NCBI RefSeq assembly: GCF_004010195.1
Contig: NC_057717.1
Location: 56,366,554-56,401,720 of the forward strand
Length of the DNA: 35,167 bases
Origin: Chiloscyllium plagiosum
Lineage: Eukaryota
Direction of reading: 5' to 3'
In this document: one piece after another, positions 12,198 to 24,859 of the stretch
How the letters are laid out: every line of letters starts with the position of its first letter
Position numbering within the stretch: position 1 is the first letter of the stretch
Notes under the pieces: generated by a model
Databases searched by the model: none
The model's input: the letters and a program-made list of their open reading frames with translations, nothing else
Told to the model about the DNA's origin: nothing
Made by a program: the position numbers and the translations under genes

Positions 12198-12530
12198 CTG
12201 TGGTTCTGTTGGCCGAGCTGGAAGTTTTTGTTGCAAACGTTTCGTCCCCTGTCTAGGTGACATCCTCAGTGCTTGGGAGCCTCCTGTGAAGCGCTTCTGT
12301 GGTGTTTCCTCCGGGATTTATAGTGGCCTGTCCCTGCCGCTTCCGGTTGTCAGTTTCAGCTGTCCACTGGAGTGGCTGGTATATTGGGAACAGGTCTTTG
12401 TGTTTGTTGATGGAGTTTGTGGATGAGTGCCATGCTTCTCGAAATTCCCTGGCTGTTCTTTGTTTCGCTTGTCCTATAATGGTAGTGTTGACCCAGTCAA
12501 ATTCATGTTGCTTGTCGTCTGCATCTGTGT
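12198..12530 (-). mobile_element. Penelope-like element (Poseidon-type) 3' end: GIY-YIG C-terminus + terminal repeat
   Basis: Minus-strand translation 'DDKQHEFDWVNTTIIGQAKQRTAREFREAWHSSTNSINKH', followed by a hammerhead-bearing terminal repeat. Confidence 0.8.
12233..12272 (-). ncRNA. Minimal type I hammerhead ribozyme motif (PLE-associated)
   Basis: Minus strand GCA-CUGAGGA-U-GUCACCU(AGAC)AGGGGAC-GAAAC-GUU-UGC gives the core, stem II, palindromic ACGU stem III and stem I GCA/UGC. Confidence 0.65.
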
Positions 12531-15500
12531 AGAGAGAGCAGAGTTAATATTTTTACTTGAATGCCTCTTATTCAGAACTGCAGATCTCTATGAAGAAGGG
12601 TCACTAGACTCAACATGAACTTTGCTTTCTCTCCACAGATGCTGCAAAACTATTGAGTTTCTCCAGCAACTTCTGTTTTTCTTTCAGATTGTCGATTTTA
12701 TAGTCCGTTCTTTTATATTCGTCGTGGAAATGAAATCAACTCGACTCAAATGCGAGCAAGAACAAAGAAAAAGTTTATTCGGACCCTGCAGCGTGGACCC
12801 AATACTTTTGGCAAAATGCCTCATGTCAGGGTGCCTGGATAGCTTTCACATTTTCCCTTTATACTAAACTACGCTTACTCATATCACATCTCAAGAACAA
12901 GAGCTTCGATCATTCGAGCTTCTTTCCACATATGGAGTTGTTTCTTTTCTCATTTCTTGAATATTGATATAGTAGTTTACTGTCCTTGTGAGTCTGGTTT
13001 AAACAATTCATTTTTCCATGACTTTGCTTTTCTGCCTGCCTGCAAGACTTTGCAAAGTATTCACTTTGCAAAGATTTCGCAATAAATGTTAATTTTCCAG
13101 TGTAATGTTGAAGAAATTATTGACTTGTCATTCTAAATTTTGTAAAATTTTTGCGAGTGTTGTAAAAAGAAATCTTAGGTGGCATCTTGCAGTTAATGCT
13201 GCAGACCTAATGCTGGAACTGAATCCTGGAGACTTTGAACTTTGCCAAGGATAATATGTTATCAGTTGTTTCTCATCATTTGACGGTGTGGCGTAGATTC
13301 AAGAGCTGCTGGTCCAGTGAGGGGGAAGACAGATCGGTACATTTCTGAGCCCTACTGTTCATGCTGATGATCGCTGAGGCTGTGAAGGTGGGCATTGTCA
13401 GGGAAATGAGGGAGGCAGGCCTGAGAGATCATGAAGAGTCAAGACGTCAAAGAGAACAGGTCGATGTCAGCATGGCTTGGCAATGGGAAGGTGTCAGACT
13501 CCTTCCCTGTCATTTTCCCAATCTTAACACCTCCCAGTTAAAAACCGGTGAATAATTGAGCATTCATGAACGCAAAGTCTTTTAATAATTATTTCGAGCC
13601 CTTCAATGTTCACGTCTTCGGTTGTTTACTTCCAAGTACTAGACTGTGCAATGAGGGGAAACAAATTGAAGACTCATCGACTACCTAACTCTGCTTTCCA
13701 ATACTATTACATCAGACACCTCCCCTCACCCCATCTCTCAAAATAGACTAGACCATGGTGTCCTGCAAACCACTGTGAATCTTTTTAAAAAGTCAACATA
13801 TATGGCAGTCATATCTTTTGAAAGTGACCTTTTATAACAGAATGTAATGTGAAAAGGAATTTCCTCAGAACAGACATTTCTCTAAGATTTCTGGAGGAAC
13901 TTCCTCTTGACAGCATCTCCCAGTGCTATAGCAAACACCACCATTCCAGACCACAGCCTCTCCCAAAATTTGCATTATTCCTGGTGATTAGAGTGATTCC
14001 TTTTTTTAAAAAAAAAGCCGTATCAGTTCAAAAGAGCCTTTTGATCTTCAGGGTTTATTTTCAAATGCTTACAAGTCATTTATATGTGTAAATCCTTTGT
14101 TTAATTTGTGCTTTATGTTGACTTGTAGCTGGGGACATTTTGACAGACCAGATGATCAGGAGGATGGGAATCAAAGTTTGCCAGACAGGAGGGTAAACAT
14201 GAGGAAGCAAGTTTCATTTGATCGGATTTTGATGTGGTTTGATTATGCTTCATTTGGAATACAACAATTTGAAAAGAGAATTTTGAAGAACAATTGATTC
14301 CTTCAGAATCTATTGTGCAATGCGATGAATGACAGTCCAGACAACAGCAACTATATTAAAGTGGCTGCTGGACTGCCTCCTGAGGAATTTAATATTTGCA
14401 ACAGAGTTGTCTTAAGCATTTGTACCAACATCGAAGTATCGAAAAGCCTGAGAAGGGAAATTCCTTGCTGATCAATATTGAGGTTATATTTCTGGACAAT
14501 GCATCCATAATGAAAATAATAAAGAAATGAGTTCCTCTCCTTCACCCTACCTCATCGTTTCTCTTTGTTTCTCTTTCCTGCTCATCCTCACTCCCCCACC
14601 CCCTCTCCATACTACTTCCAAAATCATTGCCATGGCCTCCAAAGTTTGGTGACATTTGAAGAAATATGGCTGCAGACTGTGACCGACTCCTGGTCCCCTC
14701 ACCTTGGTCTATCTCCCATAGAGTGTCGCCATTGAATGCTTTGCATTTTTTATAATCTAAGTTGGCCAGCTGCCATGCGTATCCACGGAGTCAAGCAGTT
14801 TCCCAAGTAATTGTTATTTGTTTGAATCAAGCAAGCTTATAAACGTCTTTCATGGCGAATTCAATCCAGCAGCAGCACGTCCACACCGTTTCACTGATGT
14901 CATCAATTATTAGAAGTCTAAATACTGAGGTCATTACACTGCTCTAGGTCGGAGATGTGTAATTAATCCTGTGTTTATTATGGCCAGATCTTACAGTAAA
15001 CCCCGAACGGATGGAGGAGCAGGAAAGGAAAAGTAATGAAATTCTCTTTTCAACAAAACAGCCAATACTGGCAAATATGACATGAAGCTTCAGTGAATTT
15101 GAATAATGACGAATTACTATATTCGCATTCTGAACCAAACATTTGTTCGTGAAAGGGATAAATTAGCAATAGTGTATAAAGAGCTTGAGTTTCGTTTTCT
15201 GAGGTAATGAATTTAAATGTAAATTCTTGCATTTGGGATGTTTTCACTGTGTTCCAGTGCAGACAAGTCTTTATTTGACCTCTTTATTCCACACCCACCA
15301 GCTCTTGCCCTCACAGCCAAAACTCTGGATGGTGATATGAAGTGTCAAATATTAACATTGTGATGATGGACATACTTAAAATGATTTAACTGATACTTTA
15401 TGACCAGTTGCAGCTGTGAAAATGTTGACACATCACACCATGAATTCGGTGGAAACCGACGTTTGCCAGAACTAAAAGGAACTGGATTGGGAAGTACGTT

Positions 15501-16365
15501 TGGTCTGAGGTCAGATGAAATCTGCTATATTTGGTATCAATAATGTGAAAGGAAAGTTCTGGCAGTTATTGCAAGATTATGTCAGGATTGCCTCACTAAG
15601 GCATCCCATGGCAGCGTGGTGAACACCAGCACAGATGAGAACAATCACAGAAAACAACTGCTTGACTAGTTCAGAAATGATGGCACATTTTAAGAGATCT
15701 AACTTGAATCGGCATAAAACATCCAAAGTTTTTCAATGGACGGTTGAATTTTGCTTGTCTTTCAGTATGAAGGTCTTGCATAGCCAAGAAATGGCTGTGA
15801 ACAAGGGTGACATGCTGAAGAAAATGTGTTCTCATCTTTTCCCTCTGTGCTATCTCTTCCACACCCCAACCCCAGCATTGCCTCATTGTGTTTACTGTGG
15901 ACATCTTGTGGAAATGAAAAGAACCCTATACCAACACGACTATCTTGCACCGTCATTGACGAACTTAAGAAAACTCGTTGACCAGGCGTAGAATACTGAT
16001 TGACAAGTCTGCGATTTTATTTTTGTTGTTGAACTGCTTTGGAGTTAATTCTGGATAAGTTTACTTATGTTAAATGACCTAATTTGTGCACCTTGATGAA
16101 TTACAGTTCTGGAAACATTGTCAGTGCAAACGGTGAGGAAAATGGGAATGCAGCTTCTCCTGGATCAAGTGAAGTAATTGCAAAGTAAGTTTAGTTGACT
16201 GCATGACTAAGTTAGTCATTATTTGATAAAATGACAAACCATTAGGAAATAACTGGAGAGCTGGCAGTTTGTGCAATGTTAAACAACCATCAATGGTAAC
16301 AGCTCGGAGACAATGATTTGATCATGTTCCTCTCAAAGAGGAACTTACCGACGTTCGCTACCAAG

Positions 16366-18926
16366 AGAAAGTGAGAACTGCAGGTGCTGGAGATCAGATC
16401 TGCAAAATATGTTGCTGGAAAAGCGAATCAGGTCAGGCAACATCAAGGAAACAGGAGATTCGACGTTTCGGGCATAAGCCCTTCTTCAGGAATGAGGAGG
16501 GTGTGCCAAGCAGGCTAAGTTAAAAGGTAGTGCGAGAGGCTGGAGAGGGGGTGAGGGCGGAGACGTCGGGAAGAAGATTGCAGATCAAAAAGGCGGTGCT
16601 GAGTCTGAGGGTTGGGACTGAGAAAAGGTGAGGGGAAGGGAAATGAGAAAACTGGAGATCTCTGTATTCATCCCTTGTGGTTGGAGGGCTCCTAGACGGA
16701 AGATGAGGCGCTCTTCCTCCAGGCATCGTGTTGCTATAGTCTGACAATGGAGCAGGCCAAGGAACTGCATGTGTTGGCGGAGTGGGAGGGGGAGTTAAAG
16801 TGTTGAGCCACGGGGCGGTTGGGTTGGTTGGTGCGGGTGTCCCAGAGGTGTTCTCTGAAACATTCTGCAAGTAGGCGCCCTGTCTCCCCAATGTATTGGA
16901 GGCCACATCGGGTGCAGCGGATGCAGTAAATGATATGTGTGGAGGTGCAGGTGAATTTCAGACGGATATGGAATGATCCCTTGGGGCCTTGGAGGGAAGT
17001 GAGGGGGGAGGTGTGGGCGCAAGTTTTGCATTTCTTTCGGTCTCAGGGGAAGGTGCCGGGACTGGAGGTTGGGTTGGTGGGGGGTGTGGAAATGACGATG
17101 GAGTCGCGGAGTGACTGGTCTTTCCAGAACACTGATAGGGGTGGGGAGGGAAATATATCCTTGTGGGAGGTGGCGGAAATGAGGAAGAATGATACAATGT
17201 ATCTAGAGGTTTTTGGGGTGGTAAGTGAGGACCAGTGGGGTTCTGTCATGGTGGCGATTGGAGGGGCGGGGTTCAAGGGCGGAGGAGTGGGAAGTGGAGG
17301 AGATGCTTTGGAGAGCCTTGTCAACCACATCTGAAGGGAAATTCCGGTCTTTGAAGAAGGAAGCCATCTGGGTTTTTTGGTATTGGAACGGGTCCTTCTG
17401 GGAGCAGATGCGGCGAACGCGAAGGAATTGGGAATATGGGATGGCGTTTTTACAGGGGGCAGGATGGGAGGAGGTGTAACCGAGGTAGCTGTGGGAGTCA
17501 GTCCGTTTATAGTAAATGTCCGTGTTGAGTTGGTCGTCCGAGATAGAAATGGAGACGTCTAGAAAGGGGAGGGGGGAATCTGAGATGGTCCAGGTAAATT
17601 TGAGGTCGGGGTAAAAGCGGTTAGTAAAGTGGATGAACTGTCCAACCTCCTCGTGGAAGTACGAGCTAGCACCAATACAGTCATCGATGTAGCAGAGGAA
17701 AAGGTGGGGGATGGTGCCAGTGTAGCTGCGGAAGATGGACTGTTCCACATGTCCAACGAAGAGGCAGTCATAGCTGAGGCCCATGCGGGTGCCCATGGCT
17801 ACTCCTTTGGTTTGGAGGAAGTGGGAGGATTGGAAAGAGAAGTTGTTAAGAGTGAGGACCAGTTCAGTCAGTCGAAGGAAGGTGTCAGCGGGAGGGTACT
17901 GGTTTGTTCGGCGGGAAAGGAAGAGGTGGAGGGCTCTGAGGCTTTTGTGATGGGGGAGGGAGGTGTATAGGGACTGGATGTCCATGGTGAAGATAAGGCG
18001 TTGGGGGGCGGGGAAGTGAAAATCATGGAGGAGGTGGAGGGCATGGATTGGTGTCCCAAACGTAGGTGGGGAGTTCTTGGACTAAGAGGGACAGGACCGT
18101 GTCAAGGTATTCAGAAATGAGTTCGGTGGGGCAGGAGCATGCTGAGACAATGGGTCGTCCGGGGCAGAGAGGTTTGTGGATTTTGGGCAGGAGGTAGAAA
18201 CGGGCGGTGCGGGGTTGTGGGACTATGAGGTTGGAGGCGGTGGATGGGAGATCCCCTGAGGTGATGAGGTTATGGATGGTCTGGGAGATGATGGTTTGGT
18301 GGTGGGAGGTGGGGTCATGGTCAAGGGAGCAGTAGGAGGAGGTGTCCGCGAGCTGGCGTTTAGCCTCAGCNNNNNNNNNNNNNNNNNNNNNNNNNNNNNN
18401 NNNNNNNNNNNNNNNNNNNNNNNNNNNNNNNNNNNNNNNNNNNNNNNNNNNNNNNNNNNNNNNNNNNNNNNNNNNNNNNNNNNNNNNNNNNNNNNNNNNN
18501 NNNNNNNNNNNNNNNNNNNNNNNNNNNNNNNNNNNNNNNNNNNNNNNNNNNNNNNNNNNNNNNNNNNNNNNNNNNNNNNNNNNNNNNNNNNNNNNNNNNN
18601 NNNNNNNNNNNNNNNNNNNNNNNNNNNNNNNNNNNNNNNNNNNNNNNNNNNNNNNNNNNNNNNNNNNNNNNNNNNNNNNNNNNNNNNNNNNNNNNNNNNN
18701 NNNNNNNNNNNNNNNNNNNNNNNNNNNNNNNNNNNNNNNNNNNNNNNNNNNNNNNNNNNNNNNNNNNNNNNNNNNNNNNNNNNNNNNNNNNNNNNNNNNN
18801 NNNNNNNNNNNNNNNNNNNNNNNNNNNNNNNNNNNNNNNNNNNNNNNNNNNNGGGACGGGGTTAGGCGTGGGGGCGGGGATCGGGGTGGGAGCAGAGACG
18901 CATGCGGCGTGGTCGTTGAGCGTGGG
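16366..18926 (-). mobile_element. Penelope-like element (Neptune-type), RT + GIY-YIG, frameshifted, spans an N gap
   Basis: RT motifs 'FYLLPKIHKPLCPGRPIVS', 'MDIQSLYTS', 'GVAMGTRMG' and 'YIDD'; GIY-YIG region 'CTRCGLQYIGET' near 16880-16925; TSD acgttcgctaccaag (16351-16365) / atgttcgctaccaag (18927-18941). Confidence 0.92.
16458..16493 (-). ncRNA. Minimal type I hammerhead ribozyme motif in PLE terminal repeat
   Basis: Minus strand AUUC-CUGAAGA-A-GGGC(UUAU)GCCC-GAAAC-GUC-GAAU, with fully paired 4-bp stems I and II and a GUC cleavage triplet. Confidence 0.75.
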
Positions 18927-20189
18927 ATGTTCGCTACCAAGTCCTTTTACTATTTGATACTGCAAAACCTCTCCTTATGAAAATTGTAGATTCCTTTTGA
19001 ACAACTCAGTGGAAGCTGCATCCATCACTACACTGTTAGGCAGAACATTCCAGTTTCCAAACTATGCTGTTTCTTTCAAAAAAGAATTGCTTGCAACCGT
19101 TTTTATTTGCTGATAATCTTAAATTAGTGTCCTTTTCTTCTCAGGACTTTTTAAAGAAGAATCCATACAGTATGGAAAAAGGCCACTTGACCCAAAAAGT
19201 CCGCAACAACCCTCCAAAGAGTAAACAATCCACATGCATTCCCAAACCCTTTTACTCTACTCTATCGAAATCCCTCATGACTTTGAAAACTTGTAAAATG
19301 TCTTCTTCATCTTCTCTCCTCCATAAAGAGCAGCCCGAGCTTCTTCAGACTAGCCACACAGTTGTCCAGTTGTTCATCTCCGGTAACATGTTTGTGTATC
19401 TTTTGTGCACCTTCTCAAATCCCTTCCTGAAGCATGCAGCATAAATACTAGCTGTGATGGAAAAGCAGGGCTTTTTATAAACATTTGTCACAATTTCCTT
19501 ATTTTGAATGTGACGGCCCTATTTAAAAAGTTCAGAATCCTAATGATATCTTCATTCCACACTGCCAACTTCATAATCTGTGTGCATACACAAAATATGC
19601 ATAAACTGAATTAAATATTAGACTGAGATCAGTTAAGGAAGCATTAATCATTGTCTCAAAAGATATTAGCTTGTGTATAAAATGAACAAAGAACAATTCA
19701 GAATAATTCTGAGCTGGAAGAGGTCTGATTTCAATGGGGCAAGAGGGCATTTGAACAAGGACATTTGAGCACAAATTTCGGCAATGTTCAGCTTCAGCTG
19801 TACAGTGCAGCTTATCGTTTACACAAGCAGGAAATTGTGGCAAAAACAAAACTCTAATTGCCTGGATGATTTTGCAAAGGATACGGATTATTGATAACCC
19901 CAGTGAGAACCGTGCTAAATGTACACAGTTCAGAGGGGACGTGAAGAGTAAAGGAGACTGGCAACTAACATTAAAAGGGAATCCAAAAGTCATCCTTAGT
20001 CACAAACAGTGAAAGCGTAGCAAAAGAATGATTGGGGCCAATTATCATATATTCCCTATTTATACTTCATAGGGGCAGGGACCTGGCTGAGGCATTATGA
20101 AGAGGAAATTGATGTCCAGTTTATGGTGAAAAAATATGTACTTGATACTTGGATGAGATGAAGTTTGACAGAATTTTAGGAAGGCTAAA

Positions 20190-20280
20190 ATAAAACAAAA
20201 TTGCAGATGCTGGAAATCTGAAACAAAAATGAAACTGCTGGAGAATGTCCGCAGGTCTGGCAGCATCTGTGGTGGGAAAG
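20190..20280 (-). mobile_element. Short PLE terminal-repeat fragment
   Basis: ttgcagatgctggaaatctgaaacaaaa...gctggagaatgtccgcaggtctggcagcatctgtgg belongs to the same family as 16366-16450 and 12021-12090. Confidence 0.6.
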
Positions 20281-20709
20281 TAGAATTATGCTGCAATTTC
20301 TGCTTCAATTAGAAAGGCTGATTTTCATTGAGTGTTGGTAACTGGTAACAACTGAATTGGAGACAACTTCGGATATAAAGAAAAGTAATACTGAAGCTGC
20401 AGTGGTAATGTCCACAACAACCTAATCCTGTTCAAATACAGGTATGGAATCAGAGACTGGAGAATCACAACATTTAAAATATTTTTGGTCAAAATTGTCT
20501 GGATAAGTCCAGCAAACGGATTTATCTCAGTGGTGGGAAAGCTTCTAATAAACTGTAATCTCAGCCTCAAGCAACAATACTGGGAGATCATATGGACTAA
20601 CTTTATATGCTGACTAAATAATCTAGTGTGTAACCCGTTCACCTAAATCATGTGATGAAGGCTTATAATTCTGAAACTTCAGGTTTGTTTTGAGTATTTA
20701 AACCAGTTT

Positions 20710-20860
20710 AGAAACATAGAAAATAGGAGCAGGAGGAGGCCATACAATCCTTCGAGTCTGCTGTGCCATTCATCACGATCATGGTTGATTGTCCAACTCA
20801 ATACCTTTCTCCCCATAATATTCGATCCCATTTTCCACAATTGCTATATCAAGTCGCCTC
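20710..20860 (-). mobile_element. CR1/L2-type LINE 3' end fragment
   Basis: tagaaacatagaaaataggagcaggaggaggccat...ccattcatcacgatcatgg, similar to the tail at 33775. Confidence 0.6.
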
Positions 20861-21719
20861 TTTAATTGTAGTTGAAAGTGCTTGCTTAAGTTTCTAAATT
20901 TGTTCTTGCGTTCAATTGAAGCTGTGAAACAAACATGGAGTCCAAAATCTGTCTACATTCTGAGGAAGTTGACAATTTAAGTTCAAAAGAAAAGAAAGTG
21001 ACAGTCAAAAAGTAAGTTTGATCCAATGTATGACCATGTTATGCTTCATTTGCAAAACAGCAAGGTGACAAAGGAATTTCTGTAGAGCTGGTGGCCATAT
21101 GTTTCACCATCAGAAATCGTTTCGTGAAGATGTCAATGTTTCAGTGCTGTATGCTACTCGATAATATATATCACAGAAACAATGGCATGGACACAACTCC
21201 CGATCATAGTACATTCATGAAGAAATGGCTTCTCAATTATTATCACATTTTCTCCCTACTCCCTCGAACAAGAAATGCTGAGTACTTAGAGGAGGACAAG
21301 CAGCAGTAGAGCGTTAAAGTGTTGAGTTTATCTCAGACTGAAATTTCTAGACTATGTGGCAAATGCAAAGTGTTGAAGAAGTGGTTTCACTCCTTGCGCC
21401 TGGTCTTTTTCTTTGTTGCCACCTGCTGCCACCACAGTTGGCAATTTGCTTTGGCCCTCAGTGTCATTTCTTGTAAATGTATTGAGGAATTTTAAAGAAG
21501 TATTCACCATCTTGGACAGTTTTTCATTTGAAGAATGACCTTGTTTCATTAAATTAGCTGATAAGTGCTTGAAATGCAACATTGTGAGCCTTCTGTTATT
21601 TTAATATCTGGCAATAAGTTGAAGACCCAACGACCATTTTAATTTGATTTTAATTTTGTGGTTATTGATCAATTGCACTTTCATAGACCGAGAATTCAAG
21701 AAAAAGGTAAAAACAACTG

Positions 21720-22670
21720 GGTAAAAACAAGGACTGCACGTGCTGGAAACCAGATTCTAGATTAGATGGTGCTGGAAAAGCGCAGCAGTTCAAGCAGCAT
21801 CCGAGGAGCAGGAAAATCGAAGTTTCAGGCAAAAGCAGGAATAAAGGCAGAGTGCTTGCAGTGTGGAGAGATAAATGGAAGGAGGGTGGATGTGGGAGAA
21901 AGTAGCATGGAGTACATTAGATGAATGGAGGTTGGGATGGAGATGATAGGTCAGGGAGAAGGATGGGAGAAGGTAGTAAAATGTACAATCGGTGAATAGG
22001 GCTGGGAATGAAGGTGTTAGGTCAGAGAGGAGGGTGGAGTGGATAGGTGGAAAGGAAGAAAGGAAAGTTATGGGGACAGTGTTGAACTGGAAGTTTGGAA
22101 CAGGGGTGAGGTGGGGAAGGGGAAATGGGGAAACTGGTGCAGTTCACATTGACGCCCTGGGGTTGAAGTGTTCCGAGGCGGAAGATGAGGCATTCTTCCT
22201 TCAGGCGTTTGGTGGTGAGGGAGCGACGGTAAAGGAGGCCCAGGACCTCCATGTCCACGGCTGAGTGGGAGAGGGAGTTGAAAAGTTGGGCCACAGGGCG
22301 GTGTGGTTGATTGGTGCGGATCTCCCTGAGATGTTCCCTAAAACTCTCTGCTCAGAGGCGTTCAGTCTCCCTGATGTAGAGGAGACCGCATCGGGTGCAA
22401 ATGATATTGGTGGATGTGCAGGTAAACCTTTGATGGATGTGGAAGGCTCCTTTGGGGTCTTGGATGGAGGTGAGGGAGGAGGTGTGGGCGCAGGTTTTGC
22501 AATTCCTGTGGTGGCAAGGGAAGGTGCCAGGACGGGAGGGTGGGTTGTTGGGGGTCGTGGACCTGACCAGATCGTCACGGAGGGAATGGTCTTTGCGGAA
22601 GGCAGAAAGGGGTGGGGAGGGACATATATCCCTGGTAGTGGGTCTATTTGGATGAGGCGGAAATGTCTGT
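21720..22670 (-). mobile_element. Second Neptune-type PLE, 5'-truncated (GIY-YIG + terminal repeat)
   Basis: 'SAFRKDHSLRDDLVRS...GTFPCHHRNCKTC...CTRCGLLYIRET' and 'RLKEECLIFRLGTLQPQGVNV', homologous to 16600-17160. Confidence 0.88.
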
Positions 22671-24859
22671 TTCGTGTTTCTGGTCATTAGTCCTAACTCT
22701 TCTGAGACATAACAACAACCTTCTCCTGGTTCTGTACTTCCGTCATTTTTCGTGAACTCATCTCAAGTAACATTTTGGAATTTGACAGTCAGGTCAAGAT
22801 TGTTCTATGTTGAGCTTTATCAATTTTGACCAGTATGACAGCCCTTCTTGTGCTGGAATATTGGAATGGGACTGGGTTCTGTTAGCCCTTTACTGACAGG
22901 CTGCAAGCTGGAAAGGTGGATAATACGGTGGAAGATGACCAGGGAAGGAAGAAGTTTCAGTGCCTCTCATATTCCCACCTCCGTAGTATTTTATTGATCC
23001 CAAATTAGGGAATGGATGGCTACTCAGGTGGTCAATGTTGAATCTATTCCCGCTAATTCTGCCAGTTTATTCGCAGCAGACGGGTTCTCCATTGTGAGGG
23101 AGACCTCCTCCTGCATCCTAGAGACACGCTTGCTCGATGTCCCTCCCAAAGAAGTACCTCATGGCCCACAACAGGGTATCCCACCTGCATACTGGAACAG
23201 TCTCCTGTCCATGGTGGCGATCAATACAGGAACTGTAAATCAAAGTAAGTGAGTGAAAGAAGTCGTAAGTGCTAGAATGTACACATCATTCCCAGAACCA
23301 GGTTGGCACATCCTATTGAGGCCATTAATGAGTCATTAAAATCCCCCAATTGGTGCATGGACAAAGGGTTACTCCTAATTCGAGTAAGAGTATTGTGATT
23401 GCTGCTGTTTCAGTGAGAGCAAGCAAATAGTAAAGAGTGGGCACGTGATAAAATCATTTACATTCAGTGCTGAATGCTTGAGACTTTTTTTGTGAGAAAC
23501 TTTATAATTCCTCTACATGATCTTAATGCACTGATTGTTTCATACAACGGTGATTTTCTACATAGGTTTACAGAGGAAATACAAACCATTTTGCGCAATC
23601 AGTTCATGCCAGTGTTTATGTTCCACACAAGCTGTTTCACATCATTCCTCATGTAAGTCGTCCTTTGTAATTCTCTATTCTCATCCATTCCAAGTGCTCA
23701 CCTGGTTTCCCTGAAATACATCTAAACTATTAATTTCAACTATTCTGGCTGATCACATATTCTCCATTCTCATCATTCTTTCAGTGAAGAAGTTTCCTCT
23801 GAATTCCCTTTTGGATTTCTTGAGGTACTGTCTTCCATTGAGGGCCTCTAGTTATGTTCCACCCCATTGAGAAATGTTTTATCTGTACCTTCTCTTTTCA
23901 AAACCTTTCATAATTTCAGAACTGTCAACCTTTTTTTCAAGAGAGAAGTGAACAGCACGACAATTCTTCGCTGATATACATAGTCAGAAATTTGTTTATC
24001 ATTCTTGTAAATCTTCTCTTCACTCTCTCTCGTACATTCTCTAATATGTCAATTGGAGCTGCAGGCAATACTCATAATTATAGTCAATCAAATTTTTATA
24101 GGGACCCTACTTTCAAATCTATCCCTTTCGAGATAAGGCTCAGAGCTTTGTTTGCATTTTTATAGCCTTTGGAATCTGTGGTGAAATGGTTAATGACTGA
24201 TGTAATTATCTGAGATCCCTTTGTTTGTCTCCCACACTTAAATACGCATCTTTGAATACGTGACCTGCACATTATTCCTACTAAGGTGTAACACCTTACG
24301 TTTATCTGTGTGGATCTTCATTTGCTAATTTTTTGACCGTACCGTAAATTAATTAATAATCTCTTGCAACGTCTTCTGGTCCTCAGAGTTGACTATATTT
24401 CAACATTCCTCTTCCAATTGAATAGCTTTTTTGTAATAATTAGAGACAATATTTAATTTGCAGTTTTATTTTGTTTGGTTTGAATTTTTGCTTGAACACT
24501 TAGAGAGGTGCAGTAATCCACATGATAACTATAACAACTAAATGTAGAATGACAGATAAATGAGAATTATTACAAACACAGGACTAATTAATAGGCTCTA
24601 TTAACTGGAAGGTCAAAGCAGGGAACTACTTTTTACACGAATGATATGGTGAGATTATCCGGACTGCAATTACGTTTTTCCATTTCTTTTGGTTGCAGTT
24701 TATTTCCCCAGGTCTGTGCTACTGGTATCAAATTTAAAAGGCACACATACTCCATTTTAAAGTAACTAATAGCAAAAAAAATATATAAAATGCAACATGA
24801 CTTAAGAAGCCATCCCACTAGGCTGTACATATTCACAGCCATGTAGAGTAATATAGGCA

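Noticed and set aside
13771-13777. CACTGTG heptamers (also near 4158, 8015 and 30926) as possible RSS
   Set aside because: No nonamer at 12/23 spacing and no adjacent V, D or J segment.
18023-18980. Long ORFs around the 482-N gap
   Set aside because: Gap read-through; only the Penelope RT portion (18023-18370) is meaningful.
20936-21016. ATG-initiated mini-exon ending in a perfect AA|GTAAGT donor on the plus strand
   Set aside because: No recognisable peptide, promoter or partner exon; such matches occur by chance.
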